Positions 26,104 to 39,552 are shown, counted from the whole stretch's first letter. The stretch: DNA of 63,369 nucleotides, filler included, from Bonamia ostreae (GCA_040357525.1; 37 parts of 37 records of this genome joined end to end with filler, not necessarily neighbours in it), one strand, 5' to 3'. Program-made: numbers and translations. Notes: generated by a model from the sequence alone, not told the origin.

Positions 26104-27453
26104 TTACACAGATTCATTCGTTTTTCTGAGACTTCCCTCTTCCAATTCCCAGTTTTCACCATTACCATTATCGTTTGTTGGTACCATTGCATCCAATGAT
26201 TTGTTGTCAGAAAAATCCTTCTTCGCTTCATACATTTCTTCCTTCGCTTCTTCCTCCTCTCTGTGATTCGGCTTCATCACATTTGGACACCACAAAGGTA
26301 TCCACTGGGGGCGCCTAACGCGAATCTGCCTCCAAACGAAAACAAAAACTTTTTTAAAATAAAATAACGCAATGTGCCGTACAACAACACAGCTCCGACA
26401 ATCACCCCTCCTTTGGCAAAAGAGAGCCCCAAAAGAGCTCCCGGGATAACAAAGAAAACGACAAGAATAAACAATATCCCGTAAATGCGGTTTTTGCTAA
26501 CCTGGTAGCCGAGAGCCCTCGAACTTTCCAGTGGCAGTGACCTCATGTACGGAATGGGGTAAAAGACTAAAATACCGAAAAAGTTGAAGAGAAAATGGCA
26601 AATAGCGATTTGCAGTCCAGATGGCTCCCCTTCGCCCAGAGCGGCGAAAAAAGCAGTTATCGTTGTGCCGACATTTGCCCCCAGCGCGACGGGGAACATT
26701 TGTTCGAGCGTGATGACGTTCAAAGCGACCAGAGGTACCATAGACGAAGTGGTGATTCCCGAGGCCTGTATAAGCATGGTCACAAGACATCCCACCAACA
26801 TTCCGACGATGGCGTGTCTCAACAAGGCTTTTTTGATCCAACTCGAAGTTTGTTCTTTGAGACCAAAAGACATGACTTTTGTGAGGAGGAAGAGAGTGGT
26901 CATTATCAGAACGATCGCAATTGCAATGGCTATTCCAGCGGATTGGTTGTCGCTTAATTTGCTTGCTTTTTTATTATTTGGTAACAATAAAATGGTATAA
27001 AAGTTGCTTCTAAGTACTTGCTGAGATTTTAGTAACAATAGAAACTTTTTAAGATACCACCCAAGAGCAAAGTTCTGTTTTTATAGAAACATCTGGGACA
27101 GCCATTTCTGTCATTCGGATTGTAGACATATCCGCTTCGGCAAAGTTCTTTGGCGCAAGCCGTTGCACAGAATTTAAAAAAGTTTTTCGGGTTCAAGTTG
27201 TTTCCTTCCACGCTTACTACATGTAACAAGCAATTATTGACCTCAAAAATCAAATCGACCATTGGCGTTGTCATTGCTTTAATGAAATTGAGTTTTTCTG
27301 CGGTGTTGTCATTGCTATTTTTGGGGAGTGGCAACACAATAAAATAAGAAATCAATTCAAGCCACCCTTTGTTCTTGTAGATCGGAATCAAATTTAATGG
27401 CAGAAATAGCAAAACTGCATAAATATTGAAGAAATCGTGCACTGTTCCACCTT
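26104..27453 (-). CDS. Na+/phosphate cotransporter (SLC34/NptA family), 5' partial; intron near 26967-27045 and 20-nt intron 26349-26368
   Basis: TVHDFFN, IQASGITTSSMVPL, LGANVGTTITA, LQIAICHFLFNFFGILVFYPIP. Confidence 0.93.
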
Positions 27454-27553
27454 NNNNNNNNNNNNNNNNNNNNNNNNNNNNNNNNNNNNNNNNNNNNTTA
27501 ATTAATTAANNNNNNNNNNNNNNNNNNNNNNNNNNNNNNNNNNNNNNNNNNNN

Positions 27554-27904
27554 TTGTACAAAATTTGTAAAAAAATAGCCAAAACTGAGTTGTTTTTGGA
27601 TAAATTCGAATCAAATTTTGCACATCCGAGATCTCCATTACATTCTGGATTGACGTATGAACAAACAAAAACAAAAGTAACTCTGAACGATGATATTATA
27701 AGGGAAATTTTTTCAAACGGGAAAATAACTAAAAATATAAATGTACCGCCAATGATGGAATTGGACAAAATTGACTTATTTTGGGAAAGCAAAGAAGTTT
27801 TTTTTAATATTTTAAAGGAATTGGATACTCTTTGGAGAAACCACAAAAAGGGTGAAATAGTTAAAATGAAAATTAATGTCAAAAAGGATGTTAAAATAGA
27901 TTAA
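27554..27904 (+). CDS. Hypothetical protein C-terminus
   Basis: Open frame of 116 codons from the contig edge; no motif recognised. Confidence 0.45.
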   Translation: MYKICKKIAKTELFLDKFESNFAHPRSPLHSGLTYEQTKTKVTLNDDIIREIFSNGKITKNINVPPMMELDKIDLFWESKEVFFNILKELDTLWRNHKKGEIVKMKINVKKDVKID

Positions 27905-28118
27905 ATCTTTTGGCCATTTTAAAATTTTTGTAAATTGAAATTTGTTAACAATTAACATTTTCGCCACTTTAATATACAATTAGCATTCCGCCCTCGTAAA
28001 CTGGTTTCCACCCGAAGAACCGCTAAAAAATAAATGACCAATTTAGCAATATTTAGATTTAAACGAAAATATACATTTCCGAAAAAATCGATAAAAGCTA
28101 AATTTTAAATTAAGCACG

Positions 28119-29168
28119 ATGACGTGGAGCACAATGTTATTTTTGTTTTTCGCTATAAACAGAGTCATGTCTTTTTACGACTCGGACTCTGGTAAAGCTT
28201 TTTTTAATATATAGGAGTCAAGATTTTGACGGAAAAAAATTTTGTAAAATTTGTAAAGAGACAAAGCATCACTCTTGTCGAGTTTTATGCGCCCGTTTTT
28301 GTTTTAAAAAATTAGTGGTGCGGACATTGCAAAAACCTCAAACCAGAATATATCAAAGCCGCAAAAGAGCTTAAAGACATTATCCCCCTCGCAGCCGTGG
28401 ACGCCGACGAACGTAATATTTATATAACAAAAACAGAATCGAACAAAGCATTGGCCGCAAAGTACGAAATAAAAGGATTTCCAACATTGAAACTGTTCAA
28501 AAACGGAAAAGTCGCTGATTTCGGAGCAAGAACCGCCGACGAAATGTTATTTAATGACAATCGATAGAGTCGAACAACTCAAAAAAGAACTGTCAGATGA
28601 ATATCTGACCGTTCTCACTGACAAAAACGTTGACGAATTTATGGGGCTCAAACGAAGAAAAGTTATTGTGTTCACAAACGACGGAAAACCGGACCAAATT
28701 GTCAAAAGCGTTTCGATGCGATTTCACAGACAAATCGCATTTGGGTTCGCCACAAAAGCTGAAAACTCGATTACGAAACAATTTAAAGTCAAAAGTTTCC
28801 CGAAAGTCATTTTACTGGAAAACAAAGTAATCAATTAAAATTTTAAGAAAAATCCTAAACCTGAGGATTTGGGCGAATATTCAGCTAAAAACCTGAAAAA
28901 GCAGATCGTCACCGCTCTTGGCCCCGAAAACAACGAGTTTGAACAATTTGATATTGTTCATGACAATTCTTGTTTTCGAAAATATTGCGTCGTCGATGGC
29001 AATCTCTGTGTTCTTTACGTCGAATCGGGGAGCAAAGATGAGATAAGTCGGAGAAGAACGATTTTACAAGAAGCACGTGACGATCTCGTCGACGAAAGCT
29101 TTTTCAAATTTGGTTTTGCCATTTTTGGTATTTGCGCTTAAAACTGTTTTGTGCCATTAAGAGCTTTT
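28119..29168 (+). CDS. Protein disulfide isomerase family (P5/PDIA6-like), 3' partial; introns 28192-28214, 28295-28315, 28413-28436, 28546-28567, 28827-28847
   Basis: Signal peptide [47 protein letters not shown], and a second thioredoxin-like domain. Confidence 0.93.
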
Positions 29169-29274
29169 NNNNNNNNNNNNNNNNNNNNNNNNNNNNNNNN
29201 NNNNNNNNNNNNTTAATTAATTAANNNNNNNNNNNNNNNNNNNNNNNNNNNNNNNNNNNNNNNNNNNNACATAC

Positions 29275-29568
29275 ATGTATACTGAGTTATGTTTCGACAT
29301 CCATCCAAACTCTCTATTCTACCGCCTTGGGTCGGGATTGAGGCATATATGGAAAATGAGTATCGAGTTCCTGATTGAAGTCCTCGTATTGTAATTCTAT
29401 TTTGAGTTTTGTTAACACATGATACATTTCCAAAACTGGATGGTGGAACATAATGCATACAGAGTTGCCAGGATCTGTTACCGGTTTTCACGTTTGTGAG
29501 ATCAATTGTTATGCTGTTATTGGAGAATGATGATACAAGTCCACCAGAGCATGTCGGATCATCTGGTC
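29275..29568 (-). CDS. Fibronectin type III exon (animal host)
   Basis: 294-nt phase 1-1 exon with AG/GTATGT ends; ITIRGLQSGTRYSFSIYA. Confidence 0.8.
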
Positions 29569-31249
29569 CTATAAACAATTTTGTATATGTAACATGTATC
29601 TTGAAGAAAATTAAATCTTTTTGGCATACAACATGATACATTTTAAAAATCACAAGGTAGAGCATAAGAAATTAAAAATAAATGAAAGAGTGTACTCTGC
29701 ACACATGACATGATTTGATCCCCGCCTACACTTTACTATCTATTATTCACAAATTCATTATTGATAATGTTTAGATTAAAACATTGATCAATTATGACAA
29801 TGTAAGTAGTGTTATTTTTAAACATCTTTTACTGATCATGTATACGTTTGATGAAGAAAGATCATATAAAGGGTCTGCCAACATGCACATGCAAATACAC
29901 ATTGACATCTTTATTTTGTAATTATCACCCCCCATCTAAAAAAAGTACACGAAGCATTATACTAAAACTAGGTACAGAGAACAATGAAAATACAAATTTT
30001 TCCACGTATGTAAATGAAAAATTATATTTAATTATTCTTTATCGAGCATCAAGGGCATATCGATTGGGGATATATGAACATTTTCACATTGCTCTAAATA
30101 TATTTTCTGCAAATTATTTGTAAATCATATTTCGTTTAAAACATGTCAAGTGTAGTAAATAGCATTAGTAATAATGATCGGTTCGTAGTCCCTCTCCTTT
30201 GAAACAACAAGTTATGTACTATATATTTGATTTGAAATTCATTTCTGGAGTGAGACCGATGGGTTTTTATAGGCCTAATGTCTCAGTACGAAATGTATGA
30301 ATGAAAAGTGAAAGAAATCAATGATCCAACTACAAAAAATATGTCTAAGGAAAGAACTTTCATTATAAGGGGTATAAAAAGTAGCTCTGGGTATTATTTT
30401 TGTGCAGTGAAAATGTTATTATTAATAGAAATTTCCTCATTTGAAAGATTTTTTCGGTCATATTTCGTTGCAATGAAGAAAACATATTGTTAATTGAAAT
30501 GATAGTACATGATTTATCATGAAATATCACAAAGGTCGCTATAATCGTATTTCTTTCAATACTTCATCTGTCAGTATCCAATCGTTGTTTAAATGCTACT
30601 GTTCATATTGTTTTGCAAAAATGACTAAATTTCCAATGTTAGAATCAAAACATGAGGGAACCAGCAATAGAAGTTGGGACGTAGAGAAGAGACAAATCTA
30701 TCATTCAATCAAAGGAAGTTAAGGACTTCGAAAAGGTAACTTTATCGAAAAATAGTGAAAACTTAATAACATTACCTCATAGTCCCTTAAACTTTCTTTG
30801 AATTAATTTCACACAAACTATAGGAAATGGGCATTCTTCCAATTATTTTGAGCATTTTAATCACTAACACGTGAACATTCACTNNNNNNNNNNNNNNNNN
30901 NNNNNNNNNNNNNNNNNNNNNNNNNNNTTAATTAATTAANNNNNNNNNNNNNNNNNNNNNNNNNNNNNNNNNNNNNNNNNNNNAGCTTCGCAATTCGGTA
31001 TGGGATGCGGCGTTTTCCTCAAAGTATGAACGAATACATTTAAATGAAAAAAATGTTGTTTAAATAATGTTGCAACTTTGCGAAAAACATTCTTGACAAA
31101 ATGCTTTGATTATTATTCTAATTTAAAAATTGTTGAGCACTATTTCAATCTTTATTCTAAAATTTATAATCTGCTTTGGTCATAAAATTTGCTGTTACAG
31201 CAAAACTGAATAAAATAACTCTAATTTCGGTTAGTTTAAGATATTCAAA

Positions 31250-32598
31250 ATGTCATTATATTTAAATCAAGAAAAGTTAACAGAATCGAATCAACTTTCG
31301 TTGATCATTCCGTTCGAACATGAAAAGACGATCGGTCACAATTCGAACTATTTTGGAATTTTTATTAATCAGATTTTACAAATCTGCAGATTTTTGATGA
31401 TTATTCAATCTTCTATCAATCTCAATTCCTTGGCGATTTATTTCTTTTTTTAGTATTTCAAAATTTTCATTGTTTTAAAATTGATTTCATAAATTTTAAA
31501 AAATAGTTATGAAAATATTTTTACTCTCGAAAACTCCACATATTCTCTTTTAAAGCACTTTTCTTCCGGTATCAAACTTATATGTAACTTAATCATTTTG
31601 TTGGACTGCTCCAATATCAATTATTTTCTCAAATTTCTTGGCGATTATCAAAGCAACATGCAATTTTCAAGATTTGCACAATGTTTTGGTATAAATGTGC
31701 ACATGTTCAGACTTATTGTGCTCTGTATTTCCATATACAACGATGATGTAACAACCAATTCGTTTGCGCAAAACAATGTTGACGAGTTCAATCAATGGAC
31801 GTTCCTTTATGCTTTTAATCATTTGTACATTCCCGCCATTTTCTGTTATATATTTGCTTTACTGTTACAATTTTGTGCTTTTTTACAACAAGTCAATGGC
31901 ATTACGTCGAACTCATGGATCGAAGATTGGGGAGAATATTATAAAGGCATTGAAACCAAAAACAATTTGAAAAAGTATTTTTTCAAATTTTATCTATTCG
32001 CAAATATGACTTTTTATATTTATTTTCTCACGTTTTTCGCTGATTTCTACAATACGCAATTTTTTATTGAAAACTTTGGTGATTGGATAAAATACCCTCA
32101 GTTGATCACAATATTAGTACTCATCGCTATTTTATGGGATATATTATATAGATATTACAATGGTAACAACACAGATTTATTAAAAACGTTCTTTTTTAAT
32201 TCGTTCTTTGTGTTGTTTATTTGTCTTCAGATTTATATTCAAATGAAAGAAGAAACGACTTTTTTGAACAAAAAGTACTTTCTGGTTTTAATAATAGTAT
32301 CAATTGTTTCTTTTGCAAATTTTGTGTTAATGATGACGCTAAATTTACGAGTTTTATTGTCAAATTTGCTTTGGGCAATAAAATGGTTGATCTCTTTAAA
32401 AGGATTTTCAATGTTGTTGCATATCCTTGGATTTGTAACAATAATGAACAGTTTTGTTTTTTCTTTGAACTCTTTGTTCCAATCGAATATAATCGTAAAT
32501 ACAACCGTCGATAAAAATTTTGAACTCTTTTTTGGAGCCATGAAGAGTTTATCTGAAGATGTTTTGACGTTTTTGAGTTATTTTGAGACTATTGTTAC
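31250..32598 (+). CDS. Hypothetical multi-pass membrane protein, 3' partial
   Basis: Open frame of more than 330 codons with about 7-8 hydrophobic segments, plus a probable upstream exon. Confidence 0.6.
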
Positions 32599-32698
32599 NN
32601 NNNNNNNNNNNNNNNNNNNNNNNNNNNNNNNNNNNNNNNNNNTTAATTAATTAANNNNNNNNNNNNNNNNNNNNNNNNNNNNNNNNNNNNNNNNNNNN

Positions 32699-34312
32699 CT
32701 GAATATCGGAAAACGGCCCTGGCCCTGTCGACCTCACCCAAACGCGTCTCCAAGTTTGCGAAACGAATGCAGATGTGCGGAACGAAAGCGTCCGGCAACA
32801 CTTTCACAGCTTTCTCGTAAATCGAGCGCGTCATGATCGCCCCAAACGCCTCCGTCGCTTTGTTCAAGTACACCAAAAAAGCCTTTTGTAAATTTTGCGA
32901 AACTTCGTATTTGTCTTTTCCGCGAAGCAAGTCGCACATTTTGTCGAAAACAGCCATTGCTTTCTTCGGAGTCCCGTACTTTTCTTCAAAGTTTGCGTAC
33001 TTTACTAAGATATCTTTGGCTTCCACCGCGCGGAAACTTTTCTAAAAATGAAAGCGGTAAACCACAGCGTATTCGAAGATGGACCGAGTTCGGTCGATTT
33101 TGGTTCCGCCATAGCGCGCAACGAATTTTGAAATATAGCGCTCCCAAATCGGTATCGAATGGGGAGTTCTGAAAAGTGCCACTCCTTTTTCGTAGGTTTG
33201 GAACGCTTTTTCGAAGTATTTCTTTTTTTCCAGAAAGGTGGAAAAGTTTAAAATCATCTGGACTGTTGCCACCCGAAGTTCCATCGCCTAAAAAGGTTTA
33301 ATTGTTTCGAAGCAATGTTTTTTGACATTTTTAAATTGTATTTTTCAATTGTTTCGAAACAATATTTTTTGACATTTTTAAATTGCATTTTTTAATTGTT
33401 TCGAAACAATATTTTTTGACATTTTTAAATTGCATTTTTTTTAATTGTTTCGAAACAATATTTTGACATTTACAAAAAATTTGCAAAATTCAAACCGTTT
33501 CATAGACGGCACAAGTGGTTTCGAAAGTGCCTAGATTCTCCTCCAAATCCGCATACAGCGCCCACAGTTTGGGACTGCGATAAACGCGTTTCTGCGCTAC
33601 CAAACGGTCGCCCACGCTTTTCTCCTCAAATCTCGCCTTTTTGTGTGGCAACATCGTCGCCATCTTTATAACTTCCAGCGCCTTCTCGTAGTTCTTGTGC
33701 GATATCTCCGTCTCCGCCCAAGTGCACCACACAGTTGCGAGATGATCTACGTTCTTGAAAGGGTACATGACCGCGCGCTCAAACGTCTTTCTCACACTTT
33801 TAGAGACATTTTTCAAAAATTAATGGCAAACTTGTCCAAGTCGTCAGAATTGTCTTCGTAAAATTTAGCCAGTTTGATCCACAGCATGTGCGGGTTGCCT
33901 CTGCATTTGTCCGGGTTTATCGTTTTTATCGCCATCGCATAGCTTTCGATGACTTTGAGCGGTTCTTCTTGTCTCTGCGATTGAGATCGACATTAAAAAA
34001 ATTGCAAAATTAACTTGGTAGATTTTGGCTCTGGAGAGCCAGCAGCCGACGTTGTGAGGGTTCTGGCGAATCAGAACGCTGTTGACGAGCAGAGGGCGTC
34101 TTTTGAGCAAGTCTTCGTAACGGGCCATTAACAAGTCGACGTTGTCTCCAGCGAAACTGAAGTCGCCTTCGTCTTCGTCGTCGGTCTCTCCGCGCTCGAA
34201 CTTTGCTCTGATCATTATTTCGAAGAATTGGCAGTAAGTATTGAATATGTACTCGAAGTCTCTTACAGTGTTTACAGAGTTTACGCCTTCTTCGTAAACG
34301 TCTCTTGTCTGG
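32699..34312 (-). CDS. SYF1: Pre-mRNA splicing factor SYF1/XAB2 internal fragment; introns 33975-34014, 33797-33831, 33288-33495, 33042-33062, 32883-32903
   Basis: RDVYEEG...VRDF, RRPLLVNSVLIRQNPHNV, KLWALYADLEE, LETRLGEVDRARA. Confidence 0.96.
33300..33471. repeat. 47-bp intronic minisatellite (~3.6 copies), each with the palindrome ATTGTTTCGAAACAAT
   Basis: Units start at 33301, 33348, 33395 and 33444; the first copy has one mismatch in the palindrome. Confidence 0.93.
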
Positions 34313-36160
34313 NNNNNNNNNNNNNNNNNNNNNNNNNNNNNNNNNNNNNNNNNNNNTTAATTAATTAANNNNNNNNNNNNNNNNNNNNNNNNNNNNNNNN
34401 NNNNNNNNNNNNTAACGATTAGTATGAAGCACGCCTTACAACATTGACCCAATGCTAGGTTGTATCGGTAAAGCAGATCATATATGTTACATCACAATAT
34501 ACATGCATGAGGTCGAATGAACTATTTTCATACAAAATGAATATATTGGGTTTAATTTCTCAATGGCGACCTATGAAGCATGGAGTGGGGATGAGGTAAT
34601 TTGACAGTATAGTAGAACCCCCTCCCTAGTTTACTATAAGTAATAAACTAATTTATAGAACCTTTTTATTTATTTACCAACATCCTCACATTTTCTTACT
34701 AAAACATGCACCTTTGTATATACAATAATTAAAAATAGACATGGCCAATTTACATACTTTCGAAATGATTTATGTTATGTCCGGATGGACGGGAAAGCTT
34801 TAATCTATAGCAAATTATTCGGGTTATGATCTGTATACATGGGGAATGTTTGCTACAATAAATATGTATAAACTTCCCAAGGGGATATATAAAGTGAAAG
34901 ATTCAGGGAGAAAGTTTAGTATATAGCAAATATCCCGAAGGGTTGCATGTACTACACAATAACCAATCCGAGGGAAGGTCTGCTGTACGGAAGGTTTGAC
35001 GCACAAAATCGGTATGTAGAGACTCGAGGTATATAATTTCATATACTCTCAAAAACAGAAAGATTTTTTTATGTAAACGTTTTTAATCAATTTGATTACA
35101 TTCTGATAAATAAAACAGTGATGCGATCTTTCTTTCAAGTGTGTTCATACGCATTGGTTAGCCAATTTCAAAAGTTATATTAATCTTCAGTTTAAGTTAG
35201 TAAGAGTGTCAAGAAAAAACAAACCAAACACCTGAATGAATGTACATGTTAATATTTGTAATTATATATGTATCATGCTGGTTATGTATATCAAAGATCT
35301 ACAATGCATATACAGTATGTCTATATGATTTGATATTTCCTATATGAAATTACATGTGTGTAATTATATTTCATACTTTCAAAGGGATCTCCAATGAAAT
35401 GTCTGCATAGATGCCTCGACATTTTGCCAGATGTTAGGTGTCGATCTCCAAGAGAATGCTTGAATATCTACTCGCAAACAGAAATGTCTAATGGTATTTG
35501 TTATATTTTACCTCTAAAATGAGACTTTTACTCACCATAGACAGGTATTTAATTGACCTTTCTGACTAAAGATTGGTCAGTCGTCTGTTGTTCTTTGCGT
35601 GTCCTGAAAGTTTATGAATCTGTATTACTGTATGATTAAAACAACTCAGATGAGCTTGTATCCATTGAGCCTCTTGTGTTGTTTGATATCTTTGTGGGTT
35701 TACTTTACATAAACTCATATAACATTATTACACATGCACTTGGAATCTCCATCTAGCCCCTGTATCTTAATATAAATGCTTCCTAGCTTCTCTTTGAAGT
35801 GGGAGGACCACAATACAAGGATCTGCTTAGTTCACGAATATATACATTGTAAATCAGAACTGATAGTTTAACAAACATTTTAAAAAATGATTTGATTCGT
35901 TGTATACGCTGAAAAAGAAACAATTCAAAATATAGAATTCTGCAAATTTCAGACTACTGTTTCATTCAAAAGCCAAACTTTGTCAGAAATCTTCCTTATT
36001 TAATGAATATTCATGTTTGTTCAATCNNNNNNNNNNNNNNNNNNNNNNNNNNNNNNNNNNNNNNNNNNNNTTAATTAATTAANNNNNNNNNNNNNNNNNN
36101 NNNNNNNNNNNNNNNNNNNNNNNNNNTCGCTTTTTGTGATACATTACAACTAAAACTTAG

Positions 36161-37595
36161 CATCGCCGGGTGAATTTTCGAACATTGTCGACGAAAAATC
36201 AAATCCGTCTCTGGCAATGGATCAACGCCATTTATTCTTGAGATTGAAAGAAAATGCCCAAATTTTTAAAATGAGATCAAATATCATTCGCTGTTTCAGA
36301 GATGTCTTTTACTAAACTTTGATATCAACAAATTTTAATTTTTGTCGAGAAAAAATCAAATTTTAAGTAATAAACCAAATTTCAATTAAAGTGGTTATTC
36401 GATCAAGACTTTACGGAAGTGACTCCTCCAACTTTGGTTCAAACACAAGTTGAAGGGGGATCGACTTTATTCCACGTTGATTATTTTGGCAGTCCAGCTT
36501 TTCTGACGCAATCGTCTCAACTATATCTCGAAACGTGCATCGCTTCGCTCGGAAACGTTTTCTGTGTCGTCCCCTCTTATCGAGCCGAAAAAACAAGGAC
36601 TCGCCGACACGTCTGTGAGTACACACATTGTTTGGCCTATTTTAATCAGATTTTAATTCAAAATATCAAAAATTTGCAATTTTTAAAACTTTAATTCGAC
36701 TTAGACGAAGCAGAACTGCCGTTTATAAAATTTGACGATTTGTTACAACATCTTGAAGATATTGTTGTTTCCGTATGCGAACTGATTGTTTCGCGACATG
36801 GTGATCTTCTGAAGAGATTTAATCCGTCCTTCGTTTTTATAAACAATTTGAAATTGTAAATTTTTTTGGTTAAAAACGACATTTTATCGACATAAATTTT
36901 GCGATTAAAAACGAAAAATGGCAATTTTTAATCTAAATCAATTTTGCGATTAAAACAAAAAAAAGAAAGCCCCAAAAAGACCATTCAAAAGAATGAACCA
37001 CTCTGAAGCCATTCAATTCTGCCGCGAACACCAAATATACAAAGACCCGAACACACGTGAGCACTTCGAACCCGGAGACGACATTCCCGAAGCGCCGGAA
37101 AGACAAATGATCGAAATAATCGGAGAACCGGTTTTGCTCTGCCGTTTTCCAGCAAAAATGAAGCCGTTCTATATGCAGCGCTGCCCTGAAGATAACGACG
37201 CAACGGAGAGCGTTGATTTATTGATGCCAGGCGTAGGCGAAGTGGTGGGCGGTTCGATGAGAGAAACCAATTACGAACGACTGAAAAAGGGTTTTGAAGA
37301 CAAAGATATCGATCCTGAAAATTATTATTGGTATCTTGATTTGGTTTTTTGATTTGGTATCTTGAAAAAATAGCTATTTTTAATGATTTTTGGCGAAACG
37401 CTTTTTGCGAGTTTATAAAAAATTTCTAACTGAGCGATTTTTAAAAATATGACTAATTTTCAGCGCAAATATGGAACGGTTTCTCATGGCGGATATGGAC
37501 TTGGAATAGAAAGATTTTTGTGCTGGGTGCTGAACAGAGATCACATAAGAGATGTTTGTCTCTACCCAAGATTTACAAACAGATGCAAACCGTAA
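36161..37595 (+). CDS. NARS: Cytosolic asparaginyl-tRNA synthetase, 5' partial, four GT-AG introns
   Basis: [76 protein letters not shown]. Confidence 0.97.
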
Positions 37596-38901
37596 ATGGC
37601 TGAAAATTTGATTATTTCAAAAATTATTTTTTGGAATTGCAATTTGCAAAAATTGTTTTTACTTCAAATCATAACCGGATAAAATTACATTTTTTAAATA
37701 TAATTTGCAAATGAACCAACTTGAAAATGGAAAATCTTANNNNNNNNNNNNNNNNNNNNNNNNNNNNNNNNNNNNNNNNNNNNTTAATTAATTAANNNNN
37801 NNNNNNNNNNNNNNNNNNNNNNNNNNNNNNNNNNNNNNNTCAAAATTTAATAAGGCAATGCTTAAAGAACCATATTACGATATGGTATTCGATAAAAATG
37901 TCAGAAATTCGGGATTTGGAACTCTTCTCCGCAGCTATTTAAGGTGTAACCCATTTATATAAATAATAATCTACAATTTTGAAAATGTTTATTAAAGCTT
38001 AAGCTTTAAAACCTTCACCAAGAATTTTGGTACAAAATTTAGTGTAATTATTTCCTAGAAGTCAAAAGATCTCTGAAACTATGACGTGCCAATACATTAT
38101 TTCAATGGGAATTTGTTATATGTAGTTGTGTTATGTTTATCTTAAATTCACATATTGTTTCCTTGCATATTCTTGCTATTATGCCTACATTTCAAATTCA
38201 TTGAACTATGGATATATTATCTTTAATCAATTCAATAGTTATGGTCTTTACAACGTTATTGATGACAAACCTATCGTAAAGAATAGTTAGATTAGCATGT
38301 ATTATCATTGTGCAATGTTCATGCATGCTAAGGCGTTGACAAAATAGTACTAATGCTTGTTTTAGTCACTATACTATGTCAGTCAAAAGAAATAGAATGC
38401 CAATGAAGGATACATGTATATTCCATATTGTTCAAACCTAAGATAAGAATGTCATGGAATGAAAACAGTAACGAAGGCATAATTATCAATCCAGGTTAAA
38501 TAGAAAAAATAAAATCGATATCAGAAGAATGCTAGAATCAATGTGAAAATATATTATCAATGGTCATACATGTAATTTTAAAACCTTCCTCAACAACAAC
38601 ACACTTTTGAAAAGATTGAAAATTTGACTCCAAATGCCGGGAGGGACAAAGTATGGGCATTGTTGACTATGCATTATAGAATTATCCAGAATTAGGATTC
38701 GGAATTGAAAGAATATCGATTATTGAAAGATCAAAATTTGTTTTATATACCCACGGCCTTGCAAATATTTGAAATTGATGAAATGAAATTGTTATAGCAT
38801 ATAAAGTGTAGAACCTTTTCAAGCATATCTAAGAATGCAAAATTTTGTGAATCTTCAATACATGTAGCTTACAATTCAACATCTTGATAAACGTTTTTTA
38901 G

Positions 38902-39165
38902 TGCAGCACTTAAGGAGCTGAGGTCTTTTCAAACGAGTTGTAACAGCTTCTTCATGGATATTGTATCCAACCTATGTTTCTCTGATGATAATGCGCCAAA
39001 TGATGCTGTAGTTGAAAAGCTGATGTCTTACGTAGTGATGAAACCAAGGGAAAGAGACTCAAAAACAATGACAACCAGAGAACTTTTTTTAATTGACGTG
39101 GATGAAGCTGTGGACACCACTCCAGTAGTGAGGACGTTTCTTCTACAGCAATTGCTACGCGCAAA
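38902..39165 (+). CDS. Isolated exon of an RNF213-like protein (animal host)
   Basis: 264-nt exon with GTAAG donor. CNSFFMDIVSNLCF...VDTTPVVRTFLLQQLL matches RNF213 CNSFF.DLVS.ICF...VDKTPVIRS. Confidence 0.85.
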
Positions 39166-39552
39166 GTAAGCTTATCCCAAAGAAAAACCTCTTTACTGAA
39201 ATTGTAATCTTTATGGTACCCAATGTATATACATGTATGTTCCTCTACTGTAATTTGCAAAATACTATTTTGCAATGTTTCATTTTATCATGAAATATTG
39301 TTTCACGAACATACCAGTATGCTTTCTACATCACATGAATCCAATGCGAAGCTAAGCTTCTATGATCAAGTTTGCTCTGCGTCTATACTAGCGGGAAAAA
39401 GCAACTGTTCATACTTAAAAGTTAAACAAAATATGAAAAGTATTTTTTCGTCNNNNNNNNNNNNNNNNNNNNNNNNNNNNNNNNNNNNNNNNNNNNTTAA
39501 TTAATTAANNNNNNNNNNNNNNNNNNNNNNNNNNNNNNNNNNNNNNNNNNNN

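Noticed and set aside
26349-26377. Possible GC-AG intron in SLC34
   Set aside because: A 20-nt GT-AG intron (26349-26368) restores the frame more simply.
34824-35042. Short ORF or possible transposon fragment in a host-type contig
   Set aside because: No motif, terminal repeat or second copy is visible in this window.
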